64,000 bases of DNA, from assembly GCA_044226625.1 (NCBI GenBank), contig JBGAGQ010000012.1:54073-118072 (forward strand), in the 5' to 3' direction. This stretch comes from Thermoanaerobaculia bacterium (GTDB lineage Bacteria; Acidobacteriota; Thermoanaerobaculia; Multivoradales; UBA5704). Below the pieces are notes generated by a model, which did no database searches, was not told the DNA's origin, and saw nothing but the letters and a program-made list of their open reading frames with translations. Positions 61,720 to 64,000 of the stretch are shown piece after piece. Positions within the stretch are counted from its first letter, which is position 1. The number at the start of each line of letters is the position of its first letter. The translations under genes and the position numbers were made by a program.

Positions 61720-62783
61720 CCCAGCTCATGATCTATGGCGCGAACGGATTCACCGGTGAGCTCGCGGCACGCGAGGCCGTGGCGCGGGGCCTCTCTCCGG
61801 TCCTCGCGGGGCGAAACCGCGAGGCGCTGTTGTCGCTCGGGTCGGAGCTCGGTCTCACCGTTCGGGTGTTCGACCTTGCCGATCCGGCGGCGGTCCGCCG
61901 CGGCCTCGAAGGGATCTCCGCCGTCCTCCACTGCGCCGGCCCGTTCGTGATCACCAGCCGGCCGATGGTCGAGGCGTGCCTCGCCGTGGGATGTCACTAC
62001 CTGGACATCACCGGGGAGATCCGGGTCTTCGAGGGGGTATTCGCTCAACACGCCAAGGCGGAACGGGCCGGGGTCTCTCTCCTGCCGGGCGTCGGGTTCG
62101 ACGTGGTGCCCTCGGATTCGCTCGCTTGCCGTCTCGCCGAGGCGCTCCCCGGAGCGACCTCTCTCGTGCTCGCGTTCGCGAGCGACGGCGGCACCGCAAG
62201 CCGCGGCACGCTCAAGACGATGATCGAGAGCTTTCCGGAGGCGGGGGCGATCCGCAAAGACGGCAAGCTGATGGCCGTGCCGCTCGCCTGGCACGTCCGC
62301 GAGATCGACTTCGGCGGGCGCTTGGGGCGGCGAACCGTAACAACCATCCCGTGGGGCGATCTCTCGACCGCGTGGCGTTCCACGGGGGTGCCGAACCTGC
62401 GCGTCTACACCGCGATGCCTCCGAGCGCGGTGCGCCGCCTGCGCTGGCTCTCCCCCCTCTTGCCCATCGCCGGCTGGAAGCCGATCAAGAAGCGGCTCCA
62501 GCGCGCGGTCGACCGACGCGCGATCGGCCCGAGCGCCGAGGCCCGGGCCACCGCCCGAACCTATCTTTGGGGTGAGATCGAGGGACCGAACGGTGCTCGC
62601 CGGGTCGCGAGGCTCGAGACGCCCGAGGCCTACGCCTTCACCGCGGTGTCGGCCATCGCGTGCGCCCGCAAAGTGCTGGCCGGCGAGGTGAAGCCAGGAG
62701 CCTGGACGGCCGCCCAGGCGTTCGGCAGCCGTTTCGTCGACGGCCTTCCCGGGGTCGTCGCCGGTCCGATCGTCGAGGCTTGA
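61716..62783 (+). CDS. Saccharopine dehydrogenase-like NAD(P)-binding oxidoreductase
   Basis: IYGANGFTG, CAGPF, YLDITGE, GFDVVPSD. Confidence 0.9.
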   Translation: MTQLMIYGANGFTGELAAREAVARGLSPVLAGRNREALLSLGSELGLTVRVFDLADPAAVRRGLEGISAVLHCAGPFVITSRPMVEACLAVGCHYLDITGEIRVFEGVFAQHAKAERAGVSLLPGVGFDVVPSDSLACRLAEALPGATSLVLAFASDGGTASRGTLKTMIESFPEAGAIRKDGKLMAVPLAWHVREIDFGGRLGRRTVTTIPWGDLSTAWRSTGVPNLRVYTAMPPSAVRRLRWLSPLLPIAGWKPIKKRLQRAVDRRAIGPSAEARATARTYLWGEIEGPNGARRVARLETPEAYAFTAVSAIACARKVLAGEVKPGAWTAAQAFGSRFVDGLPGVVAGPIVEA

Positions 62784-62784
62784 G

Positions 62785-64000
62785 TCAGCGCGCGGGACGG
62801 ACCAGGTCACCGTAACGCAGCGGCTCGCCTTTTTCCCAAGGCCGATATTCGTTGCAGAAGTCGATCCGCTCTCCGAGCGTGGGGTGCGAGGAGTTCCAAA
62901 GCTTGTAGAGGAGCCCCGGCCGGGGATTGCTCAGGTTCTGCTGCTGAAGATTGACGAAGGCCGTCGCGGCGGCGTGGTTGTCGCGGGTGAGCTCCAACCC
63001 GAAGACGTCGGCCCGGTGCTCGATCTCGCGGCCGACCGCCAGGATCGCCGGGGTGAGGACGAACGCCACGGCGCTGAACAGCAGGATGATCAGCGGCCAC
63101 GAGGCGACGTCCGAAAGCTCGTGGAATCCGAACCGGTCGCCCCAGCGGGCGATCATCCCGCGAGCCAGCCGGTGGATCGTGTAAAGGCCGGCCAGGACCA
63201 ACGCGAAGCCGAGGACGAGCGAAAGAGCCACGTGGCCGAGAACGTAGTGGCCCATCTCGTGCCCCATGACGAACATCAGCTCGCGCTCCGACAGCGTCTT
63301 GACGATCGTGTCCCAAAGAACCACCCGCTTGGTGCTGCCGAGACCGGCGACGTAGGCGTTCACCTTCTCGGTGTCGACGCTCTTGTCGACCTCGAAGACG
63401 CGGCTACCCTCGATACCCGCGCGGTCCGCAAGCGCGAGGATCTTCGCCTCGAGACGCCGGTCTTTCATCGGGCCGAATTTGTTGAACAGGGGATCGAGCC
63501 AGATCGGCGAGATCACCAACAACAGGGCGAGCAGCGGCACCGACGCGAGAGACGTCCAGAGCCACCACCTGCGCGGACTCTTCTTGAGCATGAGGTAGGG
63601 GAGCCAAAGCACGGCGGCGCTCCCGACGACCCCGAGGAGCAAGGCTTTGGCCGCGTCGCTCCACCACTTGGCGGGGGTCTGGTTGGAAAGCCCGTAGGCA
63701 TGCTCGCGCACGAATCCGACGAAGTAGGCGAGGGGCAGGTCGATCACCGAGGTGAGGAGGGTGAACAGGGCGAAATAGGTCGCGACCGTGAAGAACCAGC
63801 GCTTGCCGATCCGCTGGGCGAAAGATCGGAGCCGGGAGGAGATTCCCGAGAACAAGAGAAGCGAAGGGATCGCGAATCCCCAGACGAGCTGGACCCACCA
63901 CATGACGATCCCGCTCTCGTAATAGCGCATCGCCTTTTCGCTGGGGACCGGCACGGCGACCGGGCCCGAGTCGGGCTCGGCCTGGGGAGTCTCCGGAGTC
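62785..64000 (-). CDS. M48 (Ste24) membrane zinc metalloprotease; 5' partial
   Basis: NAYVAG, HEMGH, EHRAD, SHP; frame open to window edge. Confidence 0.93.
   Translation of the reverse strand, partial: TPETPQAEPDSGPVAVPVPSEKAMRYYESGIVMWWVQLVWGFAIPSLLLFSGISSRLRSFAQRIGKRWFFTVATYFALFTLLTSVIDLPLAYFVGFVREHAYGLSNQTPAKWWSDAAKALLLGVVGSAAVLWLPYLMLKKSPRRWWLWTSLASVPLLALLLVISPIWLDPLFNKFGPMKDRRLEAKILALADRAGIEGSRVFEVDKSVDTEKVNAYVAGLGSTKRVVLWDTIVKTLSERELMFVMGHEMGHYVLGHVALSLVLGFALVLAGLYTIHRLARGMIARWGDRFGFHELSDVASWPLIILLFSAVAFVLTPAILAVGREIEHRADVFGLELTRDNHAAATAFVNLQQQNLSNPRPGLLYKLWNSSHPTLGERIDFCNEYRPWEKGEPLRYGDLVRPAR

Overview
GC-rich bacterial window. The gene content (Oar-type TonB receptor, PD40-amidohydrolase, pilT-pilC-pilS-pilR, Rrf2-suf operon, futalosine-type ubiA/ubiX) suggests an Acidobacteriota, possibly Thermoanaerobaculia-like, genome; this is inference. 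About 23.4-64 kb is mostly housekeeping: ubiX, mscS, degP, an M16 peptidase pair, type IV pilus genes, an ABC exporter, the suf operon, tRNA-Gln(CTG), purEK and an M48 peptidase. A ~20 kb accessory region sits between ubiX and ubiA. It holds phoD, two VapBC pairs, a YhcG nuclease, a broken AAA_14 ATPase and a low-GC three-gene operon (SNF2 helicase + small protein + Rad50/SMC-like ATPase with a HEPN-like motif), which is a candidate defence system. It also holds the most unusual locus (10.8-15.4 kb): an XRE-like HTH gene, a coiled-coil gene, a 12 x 20-bp palindromic non-coding array, a catalytically degenerate PCD/DCoH-like gene, a secreted peptide ending in repeated GAAIDPHG, and a zinc-finger+TPR protein. 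A second secreted peptide with the same G-x-x-I-D-P-x-G motif lies 38 kb away, beside tRNA-Gln. Together these suggest an undescribed RRNPP-like peptide/TPR signalling system. Two near-exact tandem duplications (suf, TonB receptor) may be assembly artefacts. All assignments come from motif recognition; no searches were run.
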